Below, piece by piece: positions 38,688 through 48,837 of a stretch of DNA of 64,000 nt. The notes under the pieces are model-generated. The model was not told the origin of the DNA. It did not search any database and saw nothing but the letters and a program-made list of their open reading frames with translations. The DNA comes from a virus. The position numbers and the translations under genes are program-made. Where the stretch lies: IMG/VR virus record IMGVR_UViG_3300011187_000003, positions 1-64,000 of that record. One strand, given 5' to 3'. The first letter of the stretch is position 1; the number at the start of each line of letters is the position of its first letter.

Positions 38688-39069
38688 ACACAGTCTTGTA
38701 GCTTACCCCCTCTTCAATATCTTTTAAGCAATCACCATCTGATTTATATATTTGACCTATTGAGTGATATTGGTGTTTGTCCTTGCTAGATTGCATATAG
38801 ATTGTCCAAAAACGACCTGTATATTGCCCCTTAACTTCAGACTCTAATACATAACTTTTTTCATCTTCACCCCAATTGATGAGCTTGTACACCTTGCCAT
38901 CAATAGTTTTTGTGTTATCATATCCCCCCATATAGAAGTCAGGGTCATCAATGATATCTACCTCTGCTATCACATACTTAGGCTGTTCACCTTCAAAATG
39001 GAAGTCCCTCTTGTAATCACTAATGTCAGCATCCTTAACATAATCAAACAGGTTATCAAATAATTTCAT
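38671..39069 (-). CDS. Hypothetical protein
   Basis: GGAGGT RBS. Confidence 0.7.
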   Translation of the reverse strand: MKLFDNLFDYVKDADISDYKRDFHFEGEQPKYVIAEVDIIDDPDFYMGGYDNTKTIDGKVYKLINWGEDEKSYVLESEVKGQYTGRFWTIYMQSSKDKHQYHSIGQIYKSDGDCLKDIEEGVSYKTVYGYEG

Positions 39070-39121
39070 TTTATTACCTCCTAAGTTTTTTTGGTCACTC
39101 TGCTTTTAGACTGTTGCTGTT

Positions 39122-39607
39122 TTAGATATGGAGAATATTCTTTCTGAGCAAGAAGTTAACTGCACCTCTTACACTATCAAAGTCAACTTCTTTTTTCTTT
39201 TCTCCATTTACATACTTATTATAATACACTTTGTCACTACCTACAATTTTTACCTCAAGTACTTTGTCATGCCCCCTGTTGTCATTATACTCAAACCTAT
39301 ACTGCTTATTGTTCATCAGCTCCTCCATTATTTGTTTTGCTTTAATCTTTTGATACTGACTCTTATAGTCACTGAGCTGTCCATACTCCATATGAGTAGT
39401 GAAGTCCCTCATCTTATCTATGTCATCATCATCCCACATCCTGTTGCCACCATCAGTCCACTTAGGCTCAGGAACTAGCCTGCCCATACCAACCTCTTTA
39501 CCTTTTCTACTTAATACATCCCATTTATGAACAGTCAGTTTAGTAACACCTACAAGCTCTGCTGTTTCATTTATAGTATAATACCTTCTACCATCTATTA
39601 CTTTCAT
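39122..39607 (-). CDS. MerR-type HTH protein
   Basis: YTINETAELVGV...TVH.WD...P......R.W...DI. Confidence 0.75.
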   Translation of the reverse strand: MKVIDGRRYYTINETAELVGVTKLTVHKWDVLSRKGKEVGMGRLVPEPKWTDGGNRMWDDDDIDKMRDFTTHMEYGQLSDYKSQYQKIKAKQIMEELMNNKQYRFEYNDNRGHDKVLEVKIVGSDKVYYNKYVNGEKKKEVDFDSVRGAVNFLLRKNILHI

Positions 39608-39710
39608 TATTTATTACCTCCCTTTCATTCTACTTGTTATAATAACATATCCAGTATAATATGTCAACCTTTAATTTGGATTAATTACCTCTGTTATTAG
39701 AGTGTTGCTG

Positions 39711-40343
39711 TTAAGCAAAATCAAGGTTATTAAATAGCTTTTGTGCTTGCTCCATTGATATCATATCACCAGCATGCTCCATTAGGCCATTGCTTTCAAA
39801 CTCATTGCCATAAAAACCAAAGCAGGAGTCAATTAACTCCTTTTCTGTATGTCCACAATGCTCACAGGCCTCTTTTTTAAAGAGTTCAAACCCATATACT
39901 TTACCCTGAAGGTAATTGTTATAAGTTTTAACTTCTCCTTTTAACATTTTTCTAGTAAGCTCCAAAGTATCCTCTGTTATTTCATCTGTCATAAACCATT
40001 CTTTAATATCTTCATAAGTAGCATAGATAAACCCAATCTCTCCTGAATCCCACTCAGCATGATGTGCTCTGCCTACAAATGATTTAGTATCCATTGCTAG
40101 CTGGGAATGGTCATAGAGGTATAGAGGCAGAATAACAGCTTTCTCAGGCTCTTCTACCTGATGTTCTATTTCCCCTTGCCAACTACCTTCTTTACCTGTA
40201 GCCTGTGCATCCCCTAAGTCATATCTTTTATGCTCACACACCATTGTTCCTAAGTTATCCCACTCTCTAGGGGTTTTAGCATGCTCATCATTATATATCT
40301 CCAGCATTAAATCCTCTGTCTTTGCTTTATATACTTTTCTCAT
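39711..40343 (-). CDS. Hypothetical protein
   Basis: PREWDNLG, LPLYLYDHS, WDSG.+GFIY, DSC.GFYG motifs; RBS. Confidence 0.75.
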   Translation of the reverse strand: MRKVYKAKTEDLMLEIYNDEHAKTPREWDNLGTMVCEHKRYDLGDAQATGKEGSWQGEIEHQVEEPEKAVILPLYLYDHSQLAMDTKSFVGRAHHAEWDSGEIGFIYATYEDIKEWFMTDEITEDTLELTRKMLKGEVKTYNNYLQGKVYGFELFKKEACEHCGHTEKELIDSCFGFYGNEFESNGLMEHAGDMISMEQAQKLFNNLDFA

Positions 40344-40460
40344 TATTTATAACCTCCTCAAGGTTTTTAATTCCAGTAACTGCTTTCACCTGACAACAAA
40401 GCTGATATCAGGTACATTATATCATATAAATTTTGCATCTGATATCAGCCCCTCTCTGTT

Positions 40461-40946
40461 TTACTCTTCTTCTTTATCATGCCATTGAAGGCCTCTTGCT
40501 TCATAAAGTGGTGTCCAGTGATGGGAATAAAAGTCATAATCAGCACCATCAATACCAAAGTATAGAGTGCCTGTTTCAATAAATTCATATACCCTGAACC
40601 CACACTGCTTCATGATATCAATGTTTTCTCTAGCCCATTCCTCATCGAACCCTGAACCAAATGTCCACAGCGTACCCCACATAGGGAGGAATGAATCAGG
40701 CTCATCATAAAGGTCATCAATGTCAACCTCAACCTCCCCTTCTACTATTGCCTTATCTCCACTAACCTCCATTACTTCAACCTTGCGCTGAAGCTCATTG
40801 CTCCAAACATAATCTCCTTCTACAATAACACTTCTAGTTAACTCATAAAATGAATCAATATTATTTTTAAGCACACTCTCAATCAAACTGTATTCTACTG
40901 CATCAAACCCATTTGCCCACTCTCTAACTGCATCTTTTTTATCCAA
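40461..40946 (-). CDS. Hypothetical protein
   Basis: PMWGTLW...GIDGA.YDFY..HW.PLY motif; RBS. Confidence 0.75.
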   Translation of the reverse strand: MDKKDAVREWANGFDAVEYSLIESVLKNNIDSFYELTRSVIVEGDYVWSNELQRKVEVMEVSGDKAIVEGEVEVDIDDLYDEPDSFLPMWGTLWTFGSGFDEEWARENIDIMKQCGFRVYEFIETGTLYFGIDGADYDFYSHHWTPLYEARGLQWHDKEEE

Positions 40947-41025
40947 AGTTATAACCTCCTCAAGGTTAATGTCTTATTAACTTCACTATAATTATTATAA
41001 CATAATCACTATACCATGTCAAACA

Positions 41026-41370
41026 TTAATTAACATGTTTTTGATATGATTCTTCAGGAATAAAAATCTTTCTTGCTAAGATAACATCCTGATTAGTAGG
41101 CTTCCTTCTATCTCCAGCCACATAGCACTCAACAATAACTCTGTCCTTCTCTGTCCTGAAGTTATCTAAGTAGTCCTCAGTCTGCTCTTTAGTAGGCAGT
41201 ACATGGATGCCTGTTACATAGTATCTATCATTACCACCATCTCTACCCCACCTAATCTCTGCCTCATACCATCTATTAGGGAGCAGTGTTCTGTTCCTGT
41301 TAATCCCCTTAAATAAATTTTTAAGTTTATCATCTTTCCTTAACATTATTTTATATGCTTTTTGAATCAT
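41026..41370 (-). CDS. Hypothetical protein
   Basis: GGAGGT RBS. Confidence 0.7.
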   Translation of the reverse strand: MIQKAYKIMLRKDDKLKNLFKGINRNRTLLPNRWYEAEIRWGRDGGNDRYYVTGIHVLPTKEQTEDYLDNFRTEKDRVIVECYVAGDRRKPTNQDVILARKIFIPEESYQKHVN

Positions 41371-41565
41371 ATGTATTTACCTCCTCTGTCGTATTTGAAG
41401 GCCACACTGTTAGGAGCTTATAACCCCTAACAGTAAGGAGCTGACACATCTATATAGCAAGGAGCTGATTTCTCACTACTTTGTGGCCTTATTACCTTCA
41501 CTAATTATATTGTATCAAGCATGGTATAGTTTGTCAAGTCATATATGGAATTTATTAAAATTATT

Positions 41566-41973
41566 TTATTCTCTTCTCTCAAACTGTAACCTGAAGTCAC
41601 CTTCAAAGATAAACATAATATACACATCATCATTATTGATGTTTAAGTTTTCATTTAAGTATTCACTTGCTACATCTACAAGTCTATTGCTCCAGTAAAT
41701 GTGCTCTTCAAGCTGTTCATGATATCTATCCTCATCCACTTTAAACCCAAACATCTCTAAGGCCTCTTTGACTAAGTACTGCCCTGCTCTGTCAGGCACT
41801 AGTATATCAATAACACCTACTTTTCTATCATCAATATCAGGGTAGATTTCCAAATCATTTTCTGCTCTGTTATTTACTTCTTCTTCAACACTTTCCCAAT
41901 AAAAATTATCATCTAAGTGATTCTTTACCTGCTTGTCAAACTCTTCCTTAGTTAACTCTGTTACATCTGTCAT
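41566..41973 (-). CDS. Acidic hypothetical protein
   Basis: Promoter plus GGAGGT RBS. Confidence 0.7.
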   Translation of the reverse strand: MTDVTELTKEEFDKQVKNHLDDNFYWESVEEEVNNRAENDLEIYPDIDDRKVGVIDILVPDRAGQYLVKEALEMFGFKVDEDRYHEQLEEHIYWSNRLVDVASEYLNENLNINNDDVYIMFIFEGDFRLQFERRE

Positions 41974-42274
41974 ATTATTTTTACCTCCTCAATTTTTTAT
42001 CTTCACTATTAATAGTATAACAAATACATAACATGTTGTCAAGTAATATATCAAATTTATTCCAAAAACAACAATGGAATCCAGCACACCACAACAACAA
42101 TAAAGAATGTTAAGCTGTCTGTCATTGACAAGCTTGTCAGTCCACCTATAGCAAGCAATAAGAACATGTTAATGTAATAAGTCATGTAATCCCCCTCCTT
42201 CGATAGAGGCCACTCTCAGGCCTCTTAGAAGCTTTGATAATATCTCTCTCCTTCATGTACTCTACATCTAGTTT

Positions 42275-42514
42275 TTATCCCCAATACGCTTTGACATAAT
42301 CTTTAAACACCTTATTTGCATCTTTCCTTGTTGTAACTTTAGTCTTATACTTGCTAATCTCTGCAATAGCCTCTTTGCTCTCATTATCCTCATAAACCCT
42401 TATCTCAGCCACCGTCAATGAGTTTTCTTCTTCATATATTTGATATACTTCCTCAACCTCTATGTCAGTATTGTTTAATAAGTGTTGGCGTACAATCTCT
42501 GTTAATCTTTGCAT
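42275..42514 (-). CDS. Hypothetical protein
   Basis: GGAGGT RBS. Confidence 0.65.
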   Translation of the reverse strand: MQRLTEIVRQHLLNNTDIEVEEVYQIYEEENSLTVAEIRVYEDNESKEAIAEISKYKTKVTTRKDANKVFKDYVKAYWG

Positions 42515-42520
42515 ATTTTA

Positions 42521-42739
42521 TTACCTCCTATAGTTTTCCTTTTGAAGATTTGGGTAAAAAGGTTTAGCTTTATTGAATGTTAGCTTGTCCCCATGAGTTT
42601 TAACAAACTCATCTGAGCCAACACCCATGTAAACTGCCTTCATACCAAATGCATCCTGAGTTAATACAAACTTAATTATACCTCTATCCTCAGTCCCTTT
42701 AGGTGCTAGTGGGCTGTCACTATCAATAACTTTATTCAT
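42521..42739 (-). CDS. Hypothetical protein
   Basis: AAGGAGGT RBS before MNKVID. Confidence 0.65.
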   Translation of the reverse strand: MNKVIDSDSPLAPKGTEDRGIIKFVLTQDAFGMKAVYMGVGSDEFVKTHGDKLTFNKAKPFYPNLQKENYRR

Positions 42740-42817
42740 ATTTATTACCTCCTTAATTGATTCTAAACTTAGTATAACACAACCAGTACATGTTGTCAAA
42801 CAATATATCAAATTATT

Positions 42818-43531
42818 TTAAAAATACAAGTGACTGTAAAACTCTATCTCATGCTTGTTACCTTCAACATCTACAAACCATACCTGTTCACTCCCAACAT
42901 CTATTTCTATTTCCTCACCTTCAAAATCAAACTCAACATCTCCACCACCACGAAAATTATAACCTGCATTTTCTGAACAAGCAGTGCCTACTCCATCTAT
43001 ATTAGCACTAACATCCCTAAGACCCATTAAGAAGTAGTCAAATGCAGGGAGCTTAAAGATAACAGGCTTAGTATACCCTCCACGAATGTCGCATCCATTG
43101 TGGATGGACAAGATGATATACTCTGCATCATAGAAATCATCATCATATGGTATAACAAACTGTATATTTTGGTCAAGTACACATTCTTGATTATAAGTAT
43201 TGCGCACTAACTTATTATCTGCCAGCTGGTCAGCAAATGTCTCCATATCTGCTAAGTATGAATCCTCTGAATGTTCCATATACTGCTCAAACTTTTTGTT
43301 CATTTTTTCAGCATCCTCATCAAACTCTAGCATGTTGGTCAGGTAATGATAGACAGGTACATGAAATAGTAACTCATCCTCAAAGTAATCTATCTTTATC
43401 TCAGGCTCATCCTCAAAGTCTTTACCTTGATTCTCCTCCCAATGTCTACCATATACACTGCCTGAATCTAAAAAGTGACTGCCTGTGTTTTTTGTTAGCA
43501 TATCCTTTACAGTATCCTTAATATCCATCAT
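42818..43531 (-). CDS. Acidic hypothetical phage protein
   Basis: NTG.HFLDSG..YGR.WE.NQ, IHNGCD.RGGYT.P motifs; promoter and RBS. Confidence 0.75.
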   Translation of the reverse strand: MMDIKDTVKDMLTKNTGSHFLDSGSVYGRHWEENQGKDFEDEPEIKIDYFEDELLFHVPVYHYLTNMLEFDEDAEKMNKKFEQYMEHSEDSYLADMETFADQLADNKLVRNTYNQECVLDQNIQFVIPYDDDFYDAEYIILSIHNGCDIRGGYTKPVIFKLPAFDYFLMGLRDVSANIDGVGTACSENAGYNFRGGGDVEFDFEGEEIEIDVGSEQVWFVDVEGNKHEIEFYSHLYF

Positions 43532-43647
43532 AATTTTTACCTCCTAATTTTTTTGGTCAACTTAACTTCACTAATAATAGTATAACAGTTATGTAATATC
43601 ATGTCAAGGGTAAATTCAAATTTATTTTACCCTTGACAAAATCTTTG

Positions 43648-44301
43648 TTAGAGCAGGCTGTTTAAGTAATCACCTAAACCTATTTCTTGAATCTTATTAT
43701 TGCGCTCAAAATCAATCTCATAGTTATTGAGCTGTTCAGGCTCATTTGCTTCAGATTCTAACCAATTCTCCATTACTTGTTTTTGGTGATAGCCTCTACC
43801 TTTCTCCAGCTTTTCTCTAATCTTTTTTCTAATTTTTTCTCTTGCAGATGGATAATTATCAACGACACAATCTGTTAATACATCACCTTTATTATCCCTT
43901 GCAATGTAGCGCTTATATTTATCAGGCTTTAGCTGGCCAGCATCAACTATCTTATAGAGCCTATCATCATGTACAACTACATTAAAACGCTGTTTAGTCT
44001 GCAGGTAATTAAGTAAAGTCATATCATTGCAATCATCATAGCTTTGAAACTCATCATCAATAGATGCTTCTGCAATTTTATTAACTGCAAAGTTTAATCT
44101 TTTAACATCCCTGTACTCACCACGCTCTAAGCTATAGCTCCAGCCATACCAATTATCACTATTGTTACCACTCTGTAAAGTAATCTTGCCTGCATTTCTG
44201 TATTCCCCATCAAGTCCTTCCTTCACATACAGTAAAATACTAACACTCTGAAAACTGCCCTCATTTCTAACATCAGTAACTCTTAACCCTACATATTTCA
44301 T
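43648..44301 (-). CDS. Hypothetical protein
   Basis: Promoter and GGAGGT RBS. Confidence 0.7.
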   Translation of the reverse strand: MKYVGLRVTDVRNEGSFQSVSILLYVKEGLDGEYRNAGKITLQSGNNSDNWYGWSYSLERGEYRDVKRLNFAVNKIAEASIDDEFQSYDDCNDMTLLNYLQTKQRFNVVVHDDRLYKIVDAGQLKPDKYKRYIARDNKGDVLTDCVVDNYPSAREKIRKKIREKLEKGRGYHQKQVMENWLESEANEPEQLNNYEIDFERNNKIQEIGLGDYLNSLL

Positions 44302-44644
44302 ATAATTATTACCTCCTCAAAATTTTGTGTTTTAACTTCACTAATTAATATGATAACACAACTAATATACTATGTCAAGAAAAAATTAAAATTAATCTGT
44401 AATTAAAATATAGTCATCCTTAATTATTACCTCCTAATTTTTTGTGCCTTTCAACCTCACTACAATTAGTATAACATAATCATTATAGTATGTCAAGAAA
44501 AAAATAGAATTAATTTATAAAGGTACTTGCGCCAGCTACAGAACAAGTACCTCTACATTATTTTATATCAATTAAAGGAGCTGATGCTTCAATTGATTAC
44601 TAATAATAGTATAGCAAACTTAATAACACATGTCAATGATTAAT

Positions 44645-44835
44645 TATAAATTATTACTATTACTATTGTTATTATTATTATTAAGTATATTATTAATAAG
44701 GTTATTAGAAGTATTATTAAGTATATTGTTATTAATGTTATTAAGTATATTATTAATAAGGTTATTAGAAGTATTATTAAGTATATATTATTTATTACTA
44801 TTGTTATTATTATTATTAAGTATATTGTTAATACT
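44645..44835. repeat. AT-rich imperfect tandem repeats (~60-bp period)
   Basis: ttattaagtatattattaataaggttattagaagtattattaagtatat twice; ttattaagtatat five times. Confidence 0.85.
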
Positions 44836-45106
44836 TTTTTGTTACTATTTTTATTATCTTATTAGGAATATGTTTTAGGAATCTTATTAGTAGTTCTTAA
44901 CTTCAAGTACAAGTTCAAATTCTATTAATTAAAGCAAGTTAAAACTTAGTTTTGTTAGTGGTAAAATATAAATTAATTAAATTAAAAGTATTCTGATAAT
45001 TATAACCCTAGCTGGCAGGTCTTGAATTTAAAAGCTCTGTCGTATTTCAGTAGTTTTCTGTTAAAATAAAAAAGAGCGTCGTATTTCAGAGGTTCGCTGT
45101 TATAAA

Positions 45107-45165
45107 TATGTAACGCGCACATACACACACACGCGCAGGCGCGCACACACGCACACACACGCGCG
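45107..45165. repeat. Alternating purine-pyrimidine (CA/CG)n tract
   Basis: acgcgcacatacacacacacgcgcaggcgcgcacacacgcacacacacgcgcg. Confidence 0.9.
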
Positions 45166-45624
45166 ATTATATCACAAATCACATTGAATGTCAAGTAATA
45201 TATCAAATTCTTTATATTTTTAATTGTTTGAATTGTGTACACAATTCACCTGTGGATAACTTTATCCACAAACTATACCAAACTACTAAAGATTAATTAT
45301 ATAATCAGATCAAAGTTATAGCTACTCCACATAAAAATCTATATTTTACAGAATCTACCATTTTGGTATAAATTACCAAAGCAGGTAGTCTTTTAAGATA
45401 TACTATAATCTTACAAAAATCAGGCTCCTTTTTTTAACATAGAAGTCCCAAGAAAAAGATGGCCATATTTAATTATCAATGTTCAAATCTTCAAGGTTCA
45501 ATAATACAATAACACAAAAAAATAATATCGTCAAATTTAACTTTTCCCTTGACAAAGTATATCAAGGCTGATATAGTATTAAGTAGTAAGACAGAAAAAC
45601 AAAAAATTAAAGGAGCTGAGGCAA

Positions 45625-45900
45625 ATGTTAGATATTAAAATTTCAGGACATGCAAGCAGTCAGGCCAGCGACAGACATTTAAAAAAGCAGTCATTATTAA
45701 ATATTATATTAGAGCTTAAGCAGGCAGATTTTAACGAATTTATAAATTCTAAATATATATATGCTTGCTTAAGAGACAGGCAGAAAAAAGAGTCTGTAGT
45801 TATTGCAGTTAATAACTCTACAATTACTATTGTAACAGTAATTAACAAAGTTATGCGCTGTAATAACTACCCTGATACGATAATAATAAATGTTAAATAA
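45625..45900 (+). CDS. Small protein with S.HA..R motif, similar to 35247-35507
   Basis: ISGHASSQASDR...TIVTVI. Confidence 0.6.
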   Translation: MLDIKISGHASSQASDRHLKKQSLLNIILELKQADFNEFINSKYIYACLRDRQKKESVVIAVNNSTITIVTVINKVMRCNNYPDTIIINVK

Positions 45901-46024
45901 AATTTGACAAAGTATAATGAATCTGATAACATGTTAAATAGTGAAGATGAAAAACATTAAATATTAGCTTGCTCAAAGGCCTGAGAAGGCCTGAGAAGCA
46001 GGCTAAAAAAAGGAGCTGATATTA

Positions 46025-46273
46025 ATGGATAAAAAATTAAAAGATGTTGAGAAGCTGGCAGATGTTGAAGAGGCAGGCACTAAAGTAGTAAGTAATTGTT
46101 TTAGTATCACAGCAATTGTTGATGGTTTAACAGAATCAGTTTTTTATCAGTATAATGGAGCTTTAACAGGTGATATCAAAAAAGCTAAAATTAAATATAA
46201 TTCATTTACTGGAGCGCCTTATTTTATAGATGATAGACAAATAAAACATGAATTATGTAAATTTATTAGCTAA
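46025..46273 (+). CDS. Hypothetical early protein
   Basis: AAGGAG RBS in cassette. Confidence 0.65.
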   Translation: MDKKLKDVEKLADVEEAGTKVVSNCFSITAIVDGLTESVFYQYNGALTGDIKKAKIKYNSFTGAPYFIDDRQIKHELCKFIS

Positions 46274-46446
46274 AAAAAGGAGCTGATATTAATGAATAAA
46301 AAGAAGCGCTTGCAGATTGATTTTATTGCAGAGGATGCAGAAAATTTATTAAATAATTCTAATTAATTCTTGACAAAGTATAATAGAGCTGATATAGTAT
46401 TAAGTAGTAAGACAGAAAAACAAAAAATTAAAGGAGCTGGTTAAGA

Positions 46447-46775
46447 TGATTATTACTTTTAACATTCCAAAGCAGGACAACGACAAGAATAAATTTGACG
46501 ACAGCAAGCTACAAGGTTATATCAAGCAGGTATGTAAAGTGACTGGTGGCACTACCACCTATCAGGCCAAAGGTCAGTATATAATGGAATCTGGCAAGAT
46601 GACAAGCGATAATAATTATATGGTTAAAACAAGCACTGATTCAAGGCAGGACTTGCAAGAAGTTAAAAGAATAATTGCAGGCATGGCCAAAGATTTAAGT
46701 CAAGAATCAATCTATTTTGAAGTGCAGCAGGCAGATGTTGAGTTTATAACTGCTGACATGAATCAGGCAGTATAG
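46447..46775 (+). CDS. Small ferredoxin-fold (P-II/DUF3574/SAM-lyase-like) early protein
   Basis: GGTT...A.G.Y....LSQESIYF pattern; promoter and RBS. Confidence 0.45.
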
Positions 46776-46909
46776 TCAGATCAAAAAACAGGCCTTGTAA
46801 AAGAGGCCTGATAAAAAATAATTCTAATTATTATTTGACAAAGTTTAATGCATCTGATATAGTGTTAAGTAGTGAAGATGAAAACAAAAAATTAAAGGAG
46901 ATGATAATT

Positions 46910-47188
46910 ATGAAAACAAACGACAAAAAAATTGAATCTATTGAAGGCCTGCAGGATGCAATTAAGGACTTGAAGAATCAGGACATTTATTTGATTGAAA
47001 ATGTGGAGCTTGAAGCAGGCGACATCTATCAAGTTTTAAAAGATGTTGACATTGCAGATCAAAGATATATGGAGACTTTAAAAGATACAGTAGAGTTTTA
47101 CGCAAGACCTGAATGGGACAGAGATAAAAAAATTTATCCTGCAATCTGGATTAATCCAACATCTGAAAAGTTAGTATTTGAGTATTAA
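46910..47188 (+). CDS. Hypothetical early protein
   Basis: AAGGAG RBS before MKTND. Confidence 0.65.
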   Translation: MKTNDKKIESIEGLQDAIKDLKNQDIYLIENVELEAGDIYQVLKDVDIADQRYMETLKDTVEFYARPEWDRDKKIYPAIWINPTSEKLVFEY

Positions 47189-47341
47189 AGGTTAAAAAAT
47201 ATCAGGTCTGCAAAAATCAGGCCTGATAAAAATAAAATAAAATTTAAAATAATTCTTGATATTACTTGACAAAGTATAATAAACTTGTTATACTATAGAT
47301 AGTGAAGATGAAAACAACACAAAAAAAGGAGCTGGTTTTTG

Positions 47342-47605
47342 ATGATTAAAAGAAAAGAATTAATTAAACTTGTTGAGGAGAATAAAAGAGAAAAAAGACA
47401 AGAAAAGTGGATGATAATAGAGAAGTGCGAAGCACTTACAGAAAAGAGAAAAAGAGGCAATTTAATAGCTGAAAGTATCATTGAAATTCTAAAGCAAGGT
47501 AATGACTTTTATGCGAGTGAAGTTAATAACTCAAAAAATAATTTGAGATTCGTTTTGAATATATTGGATAACAAAGATTATATAATTGATATTGACAAAA
47601 AATAA
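47342..47605 (+). CDS. Hypothetical early protein
   Basis: Promoter plus RBS. Confidence 0.65.
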   Translation: MIKRKELIKLVEENKREKRQEKWMIIEKCEALTEKRKRGNLIAESIIEILKQGNDFYASEVNNSKNNLRFVLNILDNKDYIIDIDKK

Positions 47606-47678
47606 TTATAATTATCAGGCCTTGTAAAAGAGGCCTGATAATTATTAAATAACTTAGATCAAAACCAATTAGGAGCTG

Positions 47679-47960
47679 ATGCAAATGGAGAAAAAAATTA
47701 AAAAGATGCAAGAATTTTTTGAAGGCAGAGAAGTTAAGGTAACAGGCTGGAGTGAAGACACCACTAAAGAGATGGTGATGGAAGTAGAGAACAATAAAGA
47801 AACGATAACTTTAAAAGATTCTAACAGTCAAATTTTTTTATTAGTTAGCAAAAAAGCACTTGACAGAATTGATATTTTAGAACACTTAAGAGAAGGCAAA
47901 AAAGCAAGCATTCTAATCTATGGTGATGGTATCACAGTTTATGTTCAAACAATAAAATAA
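47679..47960 (+). CDS. Hypothetical early protein, N-terminus similar to 48838-49110
   Basis: I.K+..FFE.RE shared; RBS. Confidence 0.65.
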   Translation: MQMEKKIKKMQEFFEGREVKVTGWSEDTTKEMVMEVENNKETITLKDSNSQIFLLVSKKALDRIDILEHLREGKKASILIYGDGITVYVQTIK

Positions 47961-48047
47961 TCAAATAGCAAGGCCTGAAAAAAAGGCCTTGCTTCTATCT
48001 TAAAGAATCAGATCAAAGTTAATAAGTTAAAATAATATTAGTCAATT

Positions 48048-48078
48048 CGCTTCAAGCTTAAGAGCTTGGAGCTTTTTT
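48048..48078 (+). terminator. Intrinsic terminator
   Basis: gcttcaagct-taag-agcttggagc plus T-run. Confidence 0.75.
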
Positions 48079-48625
48079 GTATTTATACCATGTAACTATA
48101 TTATTAAAAGCTATATAGAAGCGCTAAGAAGCTCATTAAGCACTTTTAAGCGAATCATGGTATTATGAGGCCTTGAATAAATAAAAGGCCTTAAATAACT
48201 ATTTAAATCTTTATAAGGTGCTATATAATTATAATATACATATTATATCAATAATAGCATACTATCATATATTAGAACCTTATAAGAGGCCATGAGAAGC
48301 GCTTTAAATAGCTTGCAGTTATATATACATATTAATAGGCCTGCAGTAACTAAAAGCTTTATATGGAGCTTTTAGCGCTTTTTGAGACCTGCAGCACTAT
48401 TAAGTATAGTACTACTAAAACTATTTGAATTAATTTAATATATAGCTTGACAAAGTATAACTAAAGCCTTATAATGGTACATAGTGAGACAGGGAAGAAA
48501 AAAGAGTGCTGGCAAAACTTTTTAAAAAATATCAAATAAAGCTTGACAAAGTATAACAAACTTGTTATTATGTTAAGTAGTGAGGGACACAAAAGAACAA
48601 CAAATTTTAAAAGGAGATGATAATT

Positions 48626-48772
48626 ATGTTTTATGTTGGATGGGAAGAATTGAAGAGCTGGAAACCAGAGCTAACAGAGAAAGAAGCAAAGAAGCAAGCA
48701 AGGCAGATTGACAAAGATTGCGTAGAGCTGGAAAGAGAATTAAGAGAATCAGGAGAATACGAAAACTTATAA
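48626..48772 (+). CDS. 48-aa hypothetical protein (not in ORF track)
   Basis: Promoter 48543, AAGGAG RBS, MFYVGWEELK...YENL*. Confidence 0.6.
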   Translation: MFYVGWEELKSWKPELTEKEAKKQARQIDKDCVELERELRESGEYENL

Positions 48773-48837
48773 GAATCAAAGGCCTTGTGATAGCAAGCAA
48801 GGCCACAATATAAAAAATTAAAAGGAGCTGATAGAAG

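Larger units (their letters stand above)
39640..45194 (-). promoter_or_regulatory. Array of about 10 leftward sigmaA-type promoters with shared TTGACA-17-TA(T/C)A(C/A)T...AGTGAAG motif
   Basis: tgtcaa at 39662, 41017, 41532, 42037, 42794, 43602, 44373, 44491, 44631, 45189; most followed by an AGGAGGTAA RBS. Confidence 0.8.
45549..48620 (+). promoter_or_regulatory. Array of seven rightward promoters TTGACAAAGT...TA(T)AGT/AAGTAGT with AAGGAG(C/A)TG RBS
   Basis: ttgacaaagt at 45549, 45904, 46370, 46835, 47266, 48447, 48543; 45549-45618 and 46370-46439 nearly identical. Confidence 0.85.

Noticed and set aside
44630-45242. ORFs 44630-44878 and 45000-45242
   Set aside because: Translations of low-complexity repeats, no RBS
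45549-48620. CRISPR-like repeat-spacer array
   Set aside because: Repeats are promoter/RBS leaders separated by several hundred bp of ORFs; no cas genes
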